A stretch of DNA of 64,000 nucleotides. Source: Phoronis australis (Eukaryota; Animalia; Phoronida). The translations under genes were made by a program, and so were the position numbers. Positions 49,500-63,235 of this stretch are shown here, one piece after another (the stretch's first letter is position 1; each line of letters starts with the position of its first letter). The notes under the pieces were generated by a model. That model was not told the origin of the DNA. It ran no database searches and was given only the letters and a program-made list of their open reading frames with translations. The DNA lies in assembly GCA_002633005.1 (NCBI GenBank), contig NMRA01000014.1:1398838-1462837 (forward strand), written 5' to 3'.

Positions 49500-52400
49500 C
49501 TATTTACCGACACCTTCTGGCCCATTACTCTGTGAATTTTCAAAGTTTCTGTTCACTTCATAGATCTGAAAAAAAAAAAAAAATTTTATGATCATGAAAG
49601 CAACGCGTAGCTGCTGTACACAAACATCCGTTGAAACAAAACATGTGCACAATGATACAACTCTATTTAGTTGACTGCTTAATCTCCTATTCAACATAAC
49701 CTCCTTGGAGTTCATGTACATAACAAGAGCTGACTTGGGCATTCCTAATAAATAGAAATACCCATGAACAAGCAAAAAGCAACCAACTGAGTGGAAGTAA
49801 CGAATTACATCCACTGCAAATAGCCTCTAACCTAATGCAAACAATGAAGCCTTTATTTCTTCACATCACGTAATAGAGATTCAGATAAAAGTTCAAATAA
49901 AGGGTTTGTGAGAGGTGAATGCAAACACTTACCACTAAATCAGTGAATAATTCATTAATTTTGTTAATACAAACGAGTGATCACATGATGTTCTGAGTTA
50001 AGCAGAACCATAGCCACATAAATTTTGTGATGTGCATCAAAAAGCAGAATGGAGATCGTTTCGGAATATTGCTAATCAATTAGTCAGCTTTGTAAACAAT
50101 ATGACACCTAAATCAAATGTTAATTTATTCAAACACTGTTTATGTTAACTAATAGTAATAAGCTATTATCAGTTTAATCAGAAATTAGCATTGGGAATGT
50201 CTGTTATGTAAGGACAATGTGAAGTACATACTGATGACTTCAACACGGTGTAAATGGATATCTGGCAAATACTGACCATTTTCAACCACTCTACACAGAT
50301 CTATAGTACAACACACTCTGACGTGAGGTAAATACAGACTCATTTTCATCCACTTTATATAAATCTCCTGTACTAAAGACTATGGCAATGTGAGGTAAAA
50401 ACTGACCATTTTCATCCACTCTACATAGATCTCCAGCACTGCAAGCTGTGACAATGTGAGGTAGACACTGACCATTTCCATGCTCTCTAAATAGATCTCT
50501 GGCAAATACTGGCCATTTTCAACCACTCTACACAGATCTCCAATACTACAAACTCTGATGATATGAGGTAGACACTGACCATTTTCATACACTCTAAATA
50601 GATCTGAACTAAAAACTATGACAATGTGGTGTACATACTGACCATTTTCACCAACTTTACATAGATCTTCTGTACTACACACTCTGAGAATGGGAGGTAA
50701 ATATTGACCATTTCCACACAATCTATATAGATCTCCTGTACTACACTCTTACCTGTATGTAGGACTCTGACAGTGTTATCATCTGAGGTAGAATGTCTGC
50801 CACATGGAGATCTTGCAGCTCATACCATTTGCCTGTACCCTGGCAAACAAAGGAACATCAATTATGACTGGTGACTTTAAACTGATTCAACGTATTCTTG
50901 ACTAATATGTTAATTCCAGCACAAAATGCTAACAGTTACCTTAAGTCCCAACTTCAACGGACTTTTGTTATTTTAGATGTATTGGACTAACTAGACAGTC
51001 CAAGCAAAGCTTTAGCAAAATAAAATGCGAGTTCAATCACACAAATGTAAGCCCGTCAAATGATAGGTGAAGCTACCTTCTTGTGCCATATTGCATTAAA
51101 AGACTGATAACAGTTGTATTGAATAGGGGTCTGAATAGAACACCATTGTGTGCAGATGTTATTTGCAGTTGTTTGAATTAAAAGGTGATTCTCGCGGTGA
51201 CGTAGACAAAAGCAAGCCAAAATGCCGAACAGTTTGTTACATTTGGCAATTTATGACACTAGTGGGCTCAGAGTGACGCTCTCAACATACTGTAGGAACC
51301 AAATTTACAGGTGTTTTCGTTCAAGATAGGCTTTAATGTTAAAAAGCATATGATTTAGGTAGTACCCAGGTGCTACAATGGTGTTTCAGTTTCCTATCTA
51401 TCCCCAAAGTGAGTATGAGATATAACAAGGTCAAAGTGGTGTACACGTACCCATGTGTGTGTGCCTTTTTTCCGAAAGACCCATACAGGATCTTTCTGGA
51501 CAAAAAGTTACTTCCATCTTCAAAATGAACTTTTCTGAAAGGGCTCAAGAGCTCTTTATAGCACCCTTGAAGTTTTTTCCTTCTGCAACACGTAGACCCA
51601 GTAAGAACCAATGAGATCATGCTTCATGCATTGCCTTTTATAGAAAATGTGACCCCTGTAAGTACCCTTGAAGTGAACTCTGTAAGGAGACTTTAAAGTG
51701 TTACCTTTTGCAGTATGTGCACCCTGTAGGTTCCTTTGCCAGGTCCAGGTTCTCCATCATGGACAATGTTAGCAACAAGGTCATAGGTCGTGAGCTTGTG
51801 GCGACTCCTGGCTTCAGGTGACAGCAACTCGCCAAAGTCAATGTTTCTAAAACATGAACAGTCAAATGAATAAGGATGACATTACAGAACATGAATGACA
51901 GAAGACATCGGTGGAACTAAGCATCAACTAATATTATTGAAATACAAGTGTATTTTAGCAACAATGGTGCAATTTTATAGTAATGGGTTCAAAGTACCTC
52001 TTCCCAATGCCCTCCTAGTAAAAACTAAAAAAATCTTTTGTACCCAGTTTCAGATGATATTTACTAATAGCAATCCTATTTTGAATTTACACATTTCTTT
52101 GCTTCCTGCTGATGCTGGCCCTTGAATGTTGCACATATTCCAGTCTTGTGGCCACTTTGTGTGCACAATTTTATTGATAAAATACGACTCTGTCACTGAA
52201 AATCAAGAGACACCATTACCAGACTGATGTTGAAAATGCTTTACATTTGATAACTGGAGAACAAGTACTTACTTGACAGGGAAATTGACAATGGTGTTGT
52301 TCTTTTCCAGTATAAATGTATTCTTAGTAAACCTCTGTAAACAAAAAAAGATGAATGCATTTAACAAAGTTCAAGTAGTGAGCAATAAGCACATTGAAAT

Positions 52401-55400
52401 GGAAAGAAATCATCACACAATTACCAATTTGAATAATTTATGTAAATTTTGTTGTTTACCACCCATTGACTACCTACTGAATTTCAGGCCACAAAATGAC
52501 AAGCTAAAGAAGATGAACAGGCAAACCAGCTTCACATGAAAACCAATACAATTGTATCATTTCGAGTTCAATTTCGAGTACTGAGATTAGAATCCAGGAC
52601 CTGGTCATTTGCAGTCCTTAGAAGGCATTTGTTATAATCCTCTAGGTGTGTGATAGCCCCTTTCAGGATCTGTGGACAAATGCACTTCAGTCACAATAAA
52701 CCAGATCACTGGCTGCAAAATGACTTTCCTAAATTTTATCAAGTTAGTTGGCAAGTCTCCTCCTTAAGTCTGAATAATACTTGCTAAAAATGAATTTATT
52801 ACTGCCCGCCATCAAAGTTATTCAAAGTTGCTTGTCGTAGTGATGAAGACTAGGACTAATAAATGTACACATACCTTTACAGCTAAGATAATAAACGGAG
52901 GCAGCTTGGTGATCTCAAACCGCTTCATGGTCGAGTCTTTGTAAGTCTTGTACTCTTTCTCAGCCACCCCATTGAACTTAGCCAGTATATTGAACAGTGG
53001 CACCTGGGGGATGATGTTCTCACGGAGGTCATCAGGATAAAGGGGTGGTGGAGGCAGGTCACATGACAGAAAGAGGAACTGTGACTCCTCCATAGTCTCC
53101 TGGTACTCGGGTTGAAGCAGCAACTCTTGCTTCTCCTCATCTTTCTGAAACAGTATGTGAATAGTGGAAGTCAGGGACACGGGAAATGATTGGTGGTGGT
53201 CGGGGAAACTGGACCTGACTAGTAGGGCCAAGGAAACTGGATGTGCCTGACGATGGTCAGAGACACAGGATGTGATTGGTGGTGGTCAATGACACTTGGC
53301 GTGACTGCTGGTGGTCAGGGAAATTGAATATGACTGGTGGTGATCAGGGATGTGACTGATGTTAGTCGGGGAAACATGACTCTGGTAGCCAGATAACACT
53401 ACATGGCAGAAAGTGGCCAGGCAGGGTCCTTGATGCTTCCATTTCGGGCCACTCTCATCTAAAAATAGTTAAAAGGAGGTGAAATTCCCCACATCAGGAC
53501 AAAGAAAATTCCTTACAACGATAAAAAACCCTCAAGGTTAGAGTCTCTTTAAACTTGCAGGGACCCTCATCCTCACAAAATTTCATTAAGTGTAAAAAAC
53601 ATCACTTTATAATCATGCCATACCAGTGTTTACAGTAGTATTGCACCCACAGTCTGAGTTGAAACTATGATTACAACCTCTATGTGAAGAAAACAATCTG
53701 GATTTATCACAACTACAGGAGGGATCTTATACATCAAGCAAAGAGTCATTCGCTACAGTCCTGGGTTCATTACTTGACACCCCTTCTACATAGTCTAGTC
53801 CAATTCCAAGAAAAAATGTGCCAGATGGTCTGCTTGTAGCAGTGTACAAGAACTATAAACAAGCACAAACATTAGCCTTTGCTACTTGATGCAGTGCCGA
53901 TGAGGGGAAGCCGCTGGGGAGGATTTTTCCTTCTCAGAAGCCACAGGCACCCTTTTCTGTCAGGTGAGAGTGAGCCCCGCCAGGGAAAGAGTATATGACT
54001 AGTTGCAGCCTGGGAAATGGTACGTGACTGGGTGTGTTTAAGGGAAATGACCAGTAAATCGACTGAAAAGTAATTTATTAAGAAAAACTATTTACAAGTC
54101 ACTGCATTAACAGGGGTCTCAACAGAAACGAAATAAATACCATAAGGGCCTAACTTCATGTGAGGTGAGACAGTGTAAAACTATGGGAATAAAGACATCA
54201 ATGGTATACAATGTGGGCAGAGAGGAGGAGGAAGATCACAGTAAGCAGAATAAATTGAGAAAGCTGACACCAAGAACAGAAACGTGACTGCCTTGAAATC
54301 TTTATGACAGTTTGATAGCACCTTGTTAAATATAAACTAAACCGATCTATCACATAAATTCCTTACCAGCCAAAGGAACCCAGTCAAAACACATTTTGAA
54401 GATAATTAATTTAAAAGCTGCATGAATAGTTAACAACTGTACAATTAGTTATTACACACAAATGCTGCTATGTCCAAAAATACAAATTAATGCAAATTCG
54501 AAGACAACGAATGACAATACGAGGTAAATAAATGGGTCACCCTTACCTTAAAATCAATCTATACAAAATGATAACAAAATTATTGTCAAATGACCTTGCC
54601 TACAAGAGCGTGCATCCAGTGTACAGTAACAAAATAAACGAGAAAACTACGAGAAAGAACTGACCATGTCCAACGGTGGCATCTTGCGTGAGTATATTCT
54701 CATTTTACCGCGGAATGTTTTATTGATGACACTGCTGCTGAGTTTCCGCGATCCCCCTCCCAGAGCCAGGTGTAGAGTGTTGAGGAACCAAGAGATAAAG
54801 TCAATAGGGTCACCTGGAGAAGACAAGAAATGACTCGAATGTTACATGAACAGTAATTGTCAGTTTATGACCTGAGCGGCGTTTAAATGCATGCAGCACT
54901 TTTTACATCAACAAAAATTTGACAAGAAAAGCTTTGATGAAAAAGGTCACATTAGCTGTCTGCCAGTATCATGTCAAGGCTATACTGCTAACAAGAAGCA
55001 TTTGAATACATCAATTTTTTCTAAGTTATCCCTACTTAAAATGTGTCGACAGTATGTATAAGTCAAGAAATTATTGAACGTCAAAATTAGAGAACACAGA
55101 ATTAGAGCTCCACACACCTTGGGCAGTGATTTGAAATTTCTTCTTGCTACACAGCACCACAGCCTGTAACATCTCATGTGGGCTGACGTGTGCCTTGAAG
55201 TTGCGAGGGTTCCACAGTTTCCTTAACAGTTCACCAAACCTCTGTACCAACAGGAACAGTTGGTCACCAGGGGGTCGCTTGACATTCTTATAATTGTCCT
55301 CTTGCAGGAAGTAGTCTCTGAGAGGAGTTACATGAGACAAGGCCTGAAACACATGTGCGTCAGATTTGTCGAAACTATTGAAAAATGAAGGAAGTCATTT

Positions 55401-58400
55401 GGTTAAAGACACAGGGAAATTGCGAACGATGATGAAGGAGATATCACCTGTCCAGAACTTTAAACAGGCTGCCCAAATCCTCCTCGTGCCAATGTTTGAG
55501 AAGGGTAGACACATGACAAATATACCAAAGTACATTTAAAGATTGAACTAGAGACAACAACGTAAGAAAGAGTTTAAGAGCATTCAAATTTTAGAACATC
55601 TATGTAACAATGTTGCAATACTACGACGGGTGTAAAATTTCACACTTTCCTCATGAGCACACTTTTTACGCTTTTCTCGATGCCCATCGGTTATGTTAAT
55701 AACTAAAATGTTTTTTATCCCTGGCAGCCAGGCTTGGATCGACAACATATGGCAAGCTATCTTTGCTAGGAAACATTCAAACAGCCTTACATTTACTGCT
55801 GAAGCTTGTTCCCAAATTTTACTCAAAGATGACACATTTTCCAATTTTGCTTGGACCTTGGATGCATGATTTTGTGAATCAATTTAAACCTCTGAGATTC
55901 TTGAGAGAAACAAGCCAACAGGAACATGACACACAATGTAACAGAGCTGAACATCATGTTGTGAAATAGGACTGAGCATCATGTTCAGTGAGTAGTTACT
56001 GTCTAATAATAAACAACTCGAATACATACAAGGACCCACGAAAAGAAAAGGCTTTCATTGAATTGAACTCACCTCTTTCCCGAAGGTAGAAAAATGCATT
56101 GCATGACTGATCTAATTTTCAAGAATGTCAGGTAGAACAGAAATGATGAACAAAGGAAAAACAAACATTGACCATCCAGCACTGATATTATCAAATTTTG
56201 ATATCAACACTGCAACCCAAAATTGCAGTTGAAAGAACAGATTAGTGTTTCTAAATGCGCATAATATTAACCTACTGGAGTTGAAAGAACAAGAGTTGAA
56301 AAACTTTTACATATTTAATATGAAAGAACAGGTTAAGTTTCATAAATGGCAAATGAATGCCATGATGTGATCATGTGAGAAGAATGATGTCACTAACACA
56401 TCACTTATTCACATAATTTAAAGAAGACAACATTAGCGAGCATTATGACTGATGGAAAATGTAGGTATGAGACAGTCAGGGTATGCTGGTCTCAAGTTGA
56501 ACTACCAGATGAGCTGCTGTCAACCATTTCCAGTGTTCAAAACAAAGGATACACACTACACTGGGCAGTTTCAGGCACTGGCGACTCAGATGATGTTACC
56601 ATGAAACTGACATGGAAGAAAGAACAACACAGCAATGACAGGACAGCAAGTAAATCAAGTAATCTTGTCCCGTATAAAGGAGAGTCTGTTGGCAATCCAA
56701 CGGAGGTGTCCTATACATCAGGTAGCAGTTGTAAAGAACAACTGAGAAACCATACTGATAAAGATGTAAGTTTGCAAAAAATCAAACAGTCTGAATGTGC
56801 TAAAAGCAAAGTTTCATTAGATGAAAAGAAGTCTGGTTTATGCCACTTGAAAGACACAGGTGAATCTCAAAACCCCATGGAAAGAGAGAATGAGGGCTAT
56901 ATTCCTAATAAAAAGGTGGCTGGATATGCACAGTGGGCAACAGAAAAAGAAGCAGGATATGAACTCTACAATAGAAACTTAGTACAACTATCAACCTCAA
57001 AAAGTAAAGAAACTGGAAACAGAAACCAGCATGGACTGATAACTAGTGAGGAGACATGTGTCAGAAGTGATCCAAACAGTGCATGTAGTTCACAAACTAA
57101 ACAGCACTGTCATAAAATCCATGTTCAAAGGGAACAGCAACCCAGGCCAATTTCAATAGTGTGCAATTGTCTGGACCACAACACACATTCCCGCTCAACA
57201 CAGACTCAAGTGAGTGGGTTGAACCTTAGGACACTTAGCAGAGAGGAACCACCTAATAGAGAGTTGGGCAGGATTGTCCAATTAAGGAACCAGCTACTAG
57301 CTGAGGTTTTGGGTGAAACTCCAGTCATGGTCTGTTTTAACATGGACAAAAGTGAGATCAGTGTGAAGTACTCAGGTGACCACCTGTACAACACATATTG
57401 TGATATACTGAATAACCCAGCACACAGAAAAGTGGAGAGAGACAATGAATCCCTTCGTCATCAACTAGCTGTCATGCTAGAGGCAGTCAAGTGTGAAGAC
57501 AGCAAGAGACAGGTCAGCTTACAGACACAACACAGTAGTCAAGATCACCAGCTGGAGTCACAGTGTGAAATATAATGACAAATAAAACCAATTTAGTGAG
57601 TGGCTATCCCTTTAATTTTCTGGTTCTTTATAATCAAAGAATCCTTAGATAAACAGTTGGTTTTTGGTAACACCCCAGTAACAGAAAATACACCAGCAAT
57701 ACACACCTGAAGCACAACATTGCAGTAGTCATTAGCCTTGATGTTGTTCAGACCCACAATGCCTACAAAGAAATGGATGTGATAGCAGAAAATAATACTA
57801 AATTATACGTTACCAACGAAATTGCAAATTCCAAAAGAGTAATCACTACGGAGCACAAAAGAATATTAATTACCATCATTTTTCAATTCCAAGCATCCAG
57901 AAAGCTGATACTCGTCATACAGTTCAACTTGTAATTGTATGCTAAACCTTAGTCACTGTGTTTACCATAAAATATTTACTCCATCAAACCCAATAGGCCA
58001 GTGCACCAACAATCCACATCAACAGCTGCAGTATCCAACTTGCACAAAAATCACTCAATTTTCTGCTTACCACGCCAGTGTTCTTTGATGTGTTGGTATG
58101 ACATCACTCCACCAGGTGGCATACAGAGTCATATATGACACTGAAAACATGTCTAAATTGTTCTTTGTTCTTTGGATTTTTGTGTATTATTGAGTTTCAA
58201 GACATTTCGATTGATCCTGTTTGTTGTTAAGCTTCCTTCAGTAAAAAGCCCAAGAGAGTAATTGTCAGTTTAAGCACTTAACAAGTTTTTTGACTACCAC
58301 AGTTAATGCTTTGATGAACTCAGAAATTGCTCATTAACAATCTATTATTATCATTGTCCATACGACACTCTCAAAAGAACTCCTTACCTGGAAGGTATGA

Positions 58401-61400
58401 GGTTCTGTCAAAGGCCAGGCACATCTTAGGGTTGTTGTCCAAGTTGGAGATGTGTGTATGTGTAAAAGTAGGATTAAGCACATACTGAAAGTAGACACAC
58501 ATCTAGAGTGTACTAATCGTGACCAACAATCTTTGTAACATATTAAAGAATGCATTGATTTTTAAAATAGAAGTGTTGACAGTCATTCTACCTTGAGATG
58601 GGAACACGCTGGCTGCAAACCTTCAAACACTGTTTTAGCACCTTGAAAGATAATAAATAAGACTAAAGCACTAAATCTTTGATACATGGCCCTGTGACCC
58701 TCGCCAACCGTCCACCTTATTAACTTACAAGGCCTGCTATACCAGCAAGTGTGACTAATGCTTTGTGCGAGTCAGTTGAAAAGTGTGGGAGAAAGACCAA
58801 CCATGTAGCACACAGACTCCACCTTGTGATAAAGTGGTAGACTACTAATCAGTTTTGAACATCCAAATAGTGCACAAAGGTGACTACACCAGTTTTGGGG
58901 GAAATCTCCAGGAGAGGGTTTAGTGTGAATTCATGCCATCTTCCAATTTTTTTTTATTTAGACCACCTACTGTTACTGAACTGGTCTCTGCTTGGATCAG
59001 AAGAGACTTTTGGGATTGGAAAGAACTACTGTTTGTAGTTGATGTATTAATGGGATGACTGATCTAACATTTCTCTGTCATTCTTTGACTTCATCAGCTG
59101 GGATACATTCCTTTTGTTTCATGTTCAATGGAAGAAAACTAAACAAAACTAATAGTCTCACTAAATAATTTCATAAGGTTGGTAGAGAACACATAGATTA
59201 ATTCTTATTAACACAATCAAGCAAAAACGCTGTACATTGACAGTTTTGGCTACTCACAGCAGCCATGTTCGGAAGCTATTGAACACTGGAAAGACACTCG
59301 TCCTGTTGAGTCAGAAAATAACTTGAGATCTTGACGGATTAGAGAGTCTATTTGGGTGAGAAAAAAGGGCTCAGTTATGAACAGAAACAATGGGATATAA
59401 ACTATCTAAAATTTGGAACAGTGTCACCACCACGCCACCTAGTGTCCAATGGCTTTCAAAGATGACTGCTGTGAGTAGCCGAAACTGTCAAGATACAGCA
59501 TTTTTGCTTGGTTGTGTTAATAAGAATTAATCAATGTGAACACCTAACAGTCAATTACTACTAGAGTGGGTGTCTTACAATGATGTCATCCAGCGAAGAG
59601 TCAATGACTTGGTAGTTATCAGGTAAGCAGTAAAACTTGTGCGTCTCCAGGTTAAGGTAGACATGATGACCCTCCTGAACACTGTGGGTGTAGGCATGTG
59701 ACTTCTGACCTCGCCCTGTAACAGTATAGTCATCATATATTACTTATAATAAAACAATCTTATTCATTTAGAAAGCAAACATCATGTGGTAATTACATTT
59801 TCATAACGTAATTCAGTACACTCGATACTTTTCTGCACAAAATTCAGTTGTTGTCACACACAATAATTTCAGTTTTTACACGGCCCGTGTTTCTGCAGAA
59901 GTTTTTGAAAGCATTCAGATAATGGTAGACTGCACATAAAAATCCGAAAATTAAACGGCACAAACTTGGTATGTTAAGATAAGGTAGGACACTAGAAAGA
60001 TGGCCAATTTTGGCTAACTTCAGAACATATGGTTGATCGGGTTTGTATAAAACTTTCAGATAGTATGCTTTAAGCACTGTTCTCNACAGTTTCGGCTACT
60101 CACAGCAGCCATCTTCAGAAGCTATTGAACACTGGAAAGACACTCGTCCTATTGAGTCAGAAAATAACTTGAGATCTTGACGGATAAGAGAGTCTATTTG
60201 GGTGAGAAAAAAGGGCTCAGTTACGAACAGAGACAATGGGCTATAAACTATTTAAAATTTGGAACAGTGTCTTCACCATGCCACCTAGTGTCCAATGGCA
60301 TTCAAAGATGACTGCTGTGAGTAGCCGAAACTGTCAAGGTACAGCATTTTTGCTTGGTTGTGTTAATAAGAATGTGAAAACTAACAGTCAATTACTACTG
60401 GAGCGGGTGTCTTACAATGATGTCATCCAGCGAAGAGTCAATGACTTGGTAGTTATCAGGTAAGCAGTAAAACTTGTGCGTCTCCAGGTTAAGGTAGACA
60501 TGATGACCCTCCTGAACACTGTGGGTGTAGGCATGTGACTTCTGACCTCGCCCTGTAACAGTATAGCCAACATACTTATAATAAAACATTCTTATTCATT
60601 TAGAAAGCAAACATGTGGTAATTACATAACGTAATTCAGTACACTCGATACTTTTCTGCACAAAATTCAGTTGTTGTCACACTCAATAATTTCAGTTTTT
60701 ACACGACCAGTGTTTCTGCAGTAGTTTTTGAAAGCATTCAGATAATGGTAGACTGCACATAAAAATCCAAAAATTAAACGGCACAAACTTGGTATGTTAA
60801 GATAAGGTAGGACACTAGAAAGATGGCCAATTTTGACTAACTTCAGAACATATGGTTGATCGGGTTTGTATAAAACTTTCAGATAGTATGCTTTAAGCAC
60901 TGTTCTCCAAAACTCTGAATTGCTTTTAAAATGTTTTATTTTTGCATAAAAGCAGTATCAAAATAGGACCTTTATGATTTTTCATGAAAACAATGAAGTG
61001 GAATTAATTAAAATGAAATGAAATAATTCAGAAAAAGTGTAGCAGCATTTTTGGTATTTTAGTAAAAAAAATGTTATACTATAGCCCCAGTCCTATGTAA
61101 TCATGCATGAACATGGCAGTCCGGGAAAGTGAAATCCAATTCAGGTAGACAAAGTCTACTCTAAGTTTAAAATATACAGTTAAATACTTTAATTTAAAAA
61201 GTACTTTTTTCCAAATAGCTGCAGAAATCAACTACACTCAAGTTGTGGAATGCACATTCATAGCTGGCGTCTTTACCTAGTATTGGAATAAAGATCATTT
61301 GTTACCTACCGGCGACCTGGTTATATAACTTTTGGGCCCATCTTGGGTACTTTGTCGGAGCACTCGTAGGCCTGAAAGCTAGGTTCTCAAATGTAACCAG

Positions 61401-62299
61401 GCCATCGACAGGTAACAATCTTTACTTCAATACAATCAAGTTCAAGTTCAGTCCAATGTACGGTCTTTTCTCTAATAGTTTGTACACTCTATTAGTTACT
61501 ACACGGCCCTTGAAATATGATGTACCTTGGAAATAATTGGATACTGGCTGTGGTAATCAACCAGTCTTAAGTTCTGGTTCTGCCCAACATACCTTGGAAA
61601 TATTTGCCACAAACAAGACATGCATAGACGTTCAAGTTAGACAACGAAATGGAACACAGCTTCTCAAAGTCAAAGTCCAATACAGATCTGAAAATAAACA
61701 AAATATGTTGACCACCATAGCTGATAGAACAGAGATCATGAATGTGATATTAGATGTAAAGAACTGAGCCATAATTCATGTTTTTCATTGAATGCGTAGT
61801 CACCAGGTATGACCAGCTCATCCGCTCACCAAGAACTGTTAAACAACATGATGTGAAAATCAACATTTTGCGAGTCTGCGCAAAATTATTTCAGCAAAAA
61901 TACAACTTACGAGTACAGGAAGTTAAAGAAAGGAAGCACAATTATCAAAAGCTGAAATGGTTGCTGGAGTTACTTTTGATGCTCAATATTACAAGGTAAT
62001 ATTATGCTTTTGAGATCTGAAAATACCACACTAGGTTATATGTGGAGATAACTCTGACCAGAAATCATTAAGCTCATACATGCTAGTGTTGGTTTGAGAG
62101 AAAAATGACTGAATACGAGGTTAGATGGAAACAATTAAATTCAACATGTGGACTTCCAACGTTTCAGGCAAATAAAAACAGCCAGCACCCAAATCCTATT
62201 TTGCAATTTAATTCTATCAATTCTGTTTTAAATACCACTTTCACCTGTTAATAGTGTCGAGGTATGGGCACATACGACGGATGTCCTTCTTCACGGGGA
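49500..62299 (-). CDS. USP39: USP39 / Sad1, U4/U6.U5 tri-snRNP-associated protein 2 (5' exon(s) not identified). Exons: 62245-62299, 61593-61687, 60416-60552 (duplicate 59579-59715), 58388-58484, 57707-57762, 55118-55343, 54665-54813, 52875-53144, 52273-52334, 51705-51846, 50753-50839, 49500-49565
   Basis: CPYLDTINRSVLDFDFEKLCS, YACLVCGKYFQGRG (ZnF-UBP), GIVGLNNIKANDYCN (Asp in place of the catalytic Cys), LWNPRNFKAHVSPHE, DLPPPPLY, YDLVANIVHDG, WYELQDL, LSESYIQIY; all splice phases consistent. Confidence 0.96.
50215..50745. repeat. Degenerate ~66-bp minisatellite in the last USP39 intron
   Basis: TGAGGTA..ACTGACCATTTTCATCCACTCTACATAGATCTCC units. Confidence 0.85.
56445..57575 (+). CDS. Uncharacterised 376-aa ORF nested antisense in a USP39 intron
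   Basis: Uninterrupted 1131-nt ORF in AT-rich DNA; AATAAA at 57581-57586 right after the stop; no recognisable domain. Confidence 0.6.
   Translation: MTDGKCRYETVRVCWSQVELPDELLSTISSVQNKGYTLHWAVSGTGDSDDVTMKLTWKKEQHSNDRTASKSSNLVPYKGESVGNPTEVSYTSGSSCKEQLRNHTDKDVSLQKIKQSECAKSKVSLDEKKSGLCHLKDTGESQNPMERENEGYIPNKKVAGYAQWATEKEAGYELYNRNLVQLSTSKSKETGNRNQHGLITSEETCVRSDPNSACSSQTKQHCHKIHVQREQQPRPISIVCNCLDHNTHSRSTQTQVSGLNLRTLSREEPPNRELGRIVQLRNQLLAEVLGETPVMVCFNMDKSEISVKYSGDHLYNTYCDILNNPAHRKVERDNESLRHQLAVMLEAVKCEDSKRQVSLQTQHSSQDHQLESQCEI
59240..60906. repeat. Tandem ~830-bp duplication containing a USP39 exon, copies joined by a single N
   Basis: 59240-60084 vs 60086-60906; exon copies identical, intron parts differ by small substitutions and indels. 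Confidence 0.9.
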
Positions 62300-62719
62300 C
62301 TGAAAAGAGAAGAATTACGAATGGAGGATTGAAGCTGTCTTGCACAATGTGGGAATCGGCTCATGTAGGAGTCCTACTAAGAGTGTCCACATACAGTGGT
62401 ATTCAAAAACATGTCGATGAATTTTGTCAAAATTTGTTTGGTTTTATTGAAGTTATGGCAAAATCCTACAATGAAAACTGCCAAGTATTTCTTTTCTTCC
62501 AAAACGTGAGTTAGCGTGCGCCTGTTATGCTAACGCTCCACTCATTCGAAGTTCTTTGTTTGTCAGGCAGAGGGTAGTTGGTGTTTCTCAAAATTTTTGG
62601 AGGTTTTCTTGTGAGTGACATTGATTCCTGCATGAGTCACCTTTTTTAAAGAGGAAAAAGTTTTACATCAGCGTGAACAGTTTGTTATGAAACATGCTTC
62701 AGGTGAATCATATGAGCCT

Positions 62720-63235
62720 CTGTTAGCCACTCGCTAAAGGGCAATTGCCTCTGAATGGTTAGCATGCTTGCCGGTTTTATCAGTGTTCCTGGCTTGATTT
62801 CCAGGTCGGGTAATCTCGACAATTACTACAACTGGCATAAACGGATGATATGCCGATGAACCACTACATGGTTCCTGGAATCTCAGAACGCACGCTTACT
62901 GGTAGTGGTGATGCTAGACTCCTAAACCAGGAGTCTAGGACCTTAATGTGGGACAATCTTGGGATTCACTTTCTATTTGGCCATCCTGGTGAGGTGGAAG
63001 CCTAGGAGTAGGATCTTTTTATGTTATAACACTAGAATCTTGTGTTCACCCACTAGGTGGTGCACATGTATATAGGAAAGGGGGGAAAAGCTGTGAAATG
63101 TGCTTCTGGTGATTCAGCCTTTGTTAGCCACTCGCTAACGGGCAATTACCTATTAGGTAAATGGTTAGCACACTTGTCAGTTTTATCAGGGTCGCTTATT
63201 GGATTCCCAGGTTGGGTAATCTCGGCACTTACTGT
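62720..63235 (+). mobile_element. Two copies of a decayed tRNA-derived SINE-like repeat (~62720-62830, ~63120-63235)
   Basis: Shared TGTTAGCCACTCGCTAA...AATGGTTAGCA...CCAGGT.GGGTAATCTCG. Confidence 0.45.

Noticed and set aside
59844-60900. Pair of 77-aa ORFs
   Set aside because: Intronic sequence repeated by the local duplication; non-ATG starts and no protein features.
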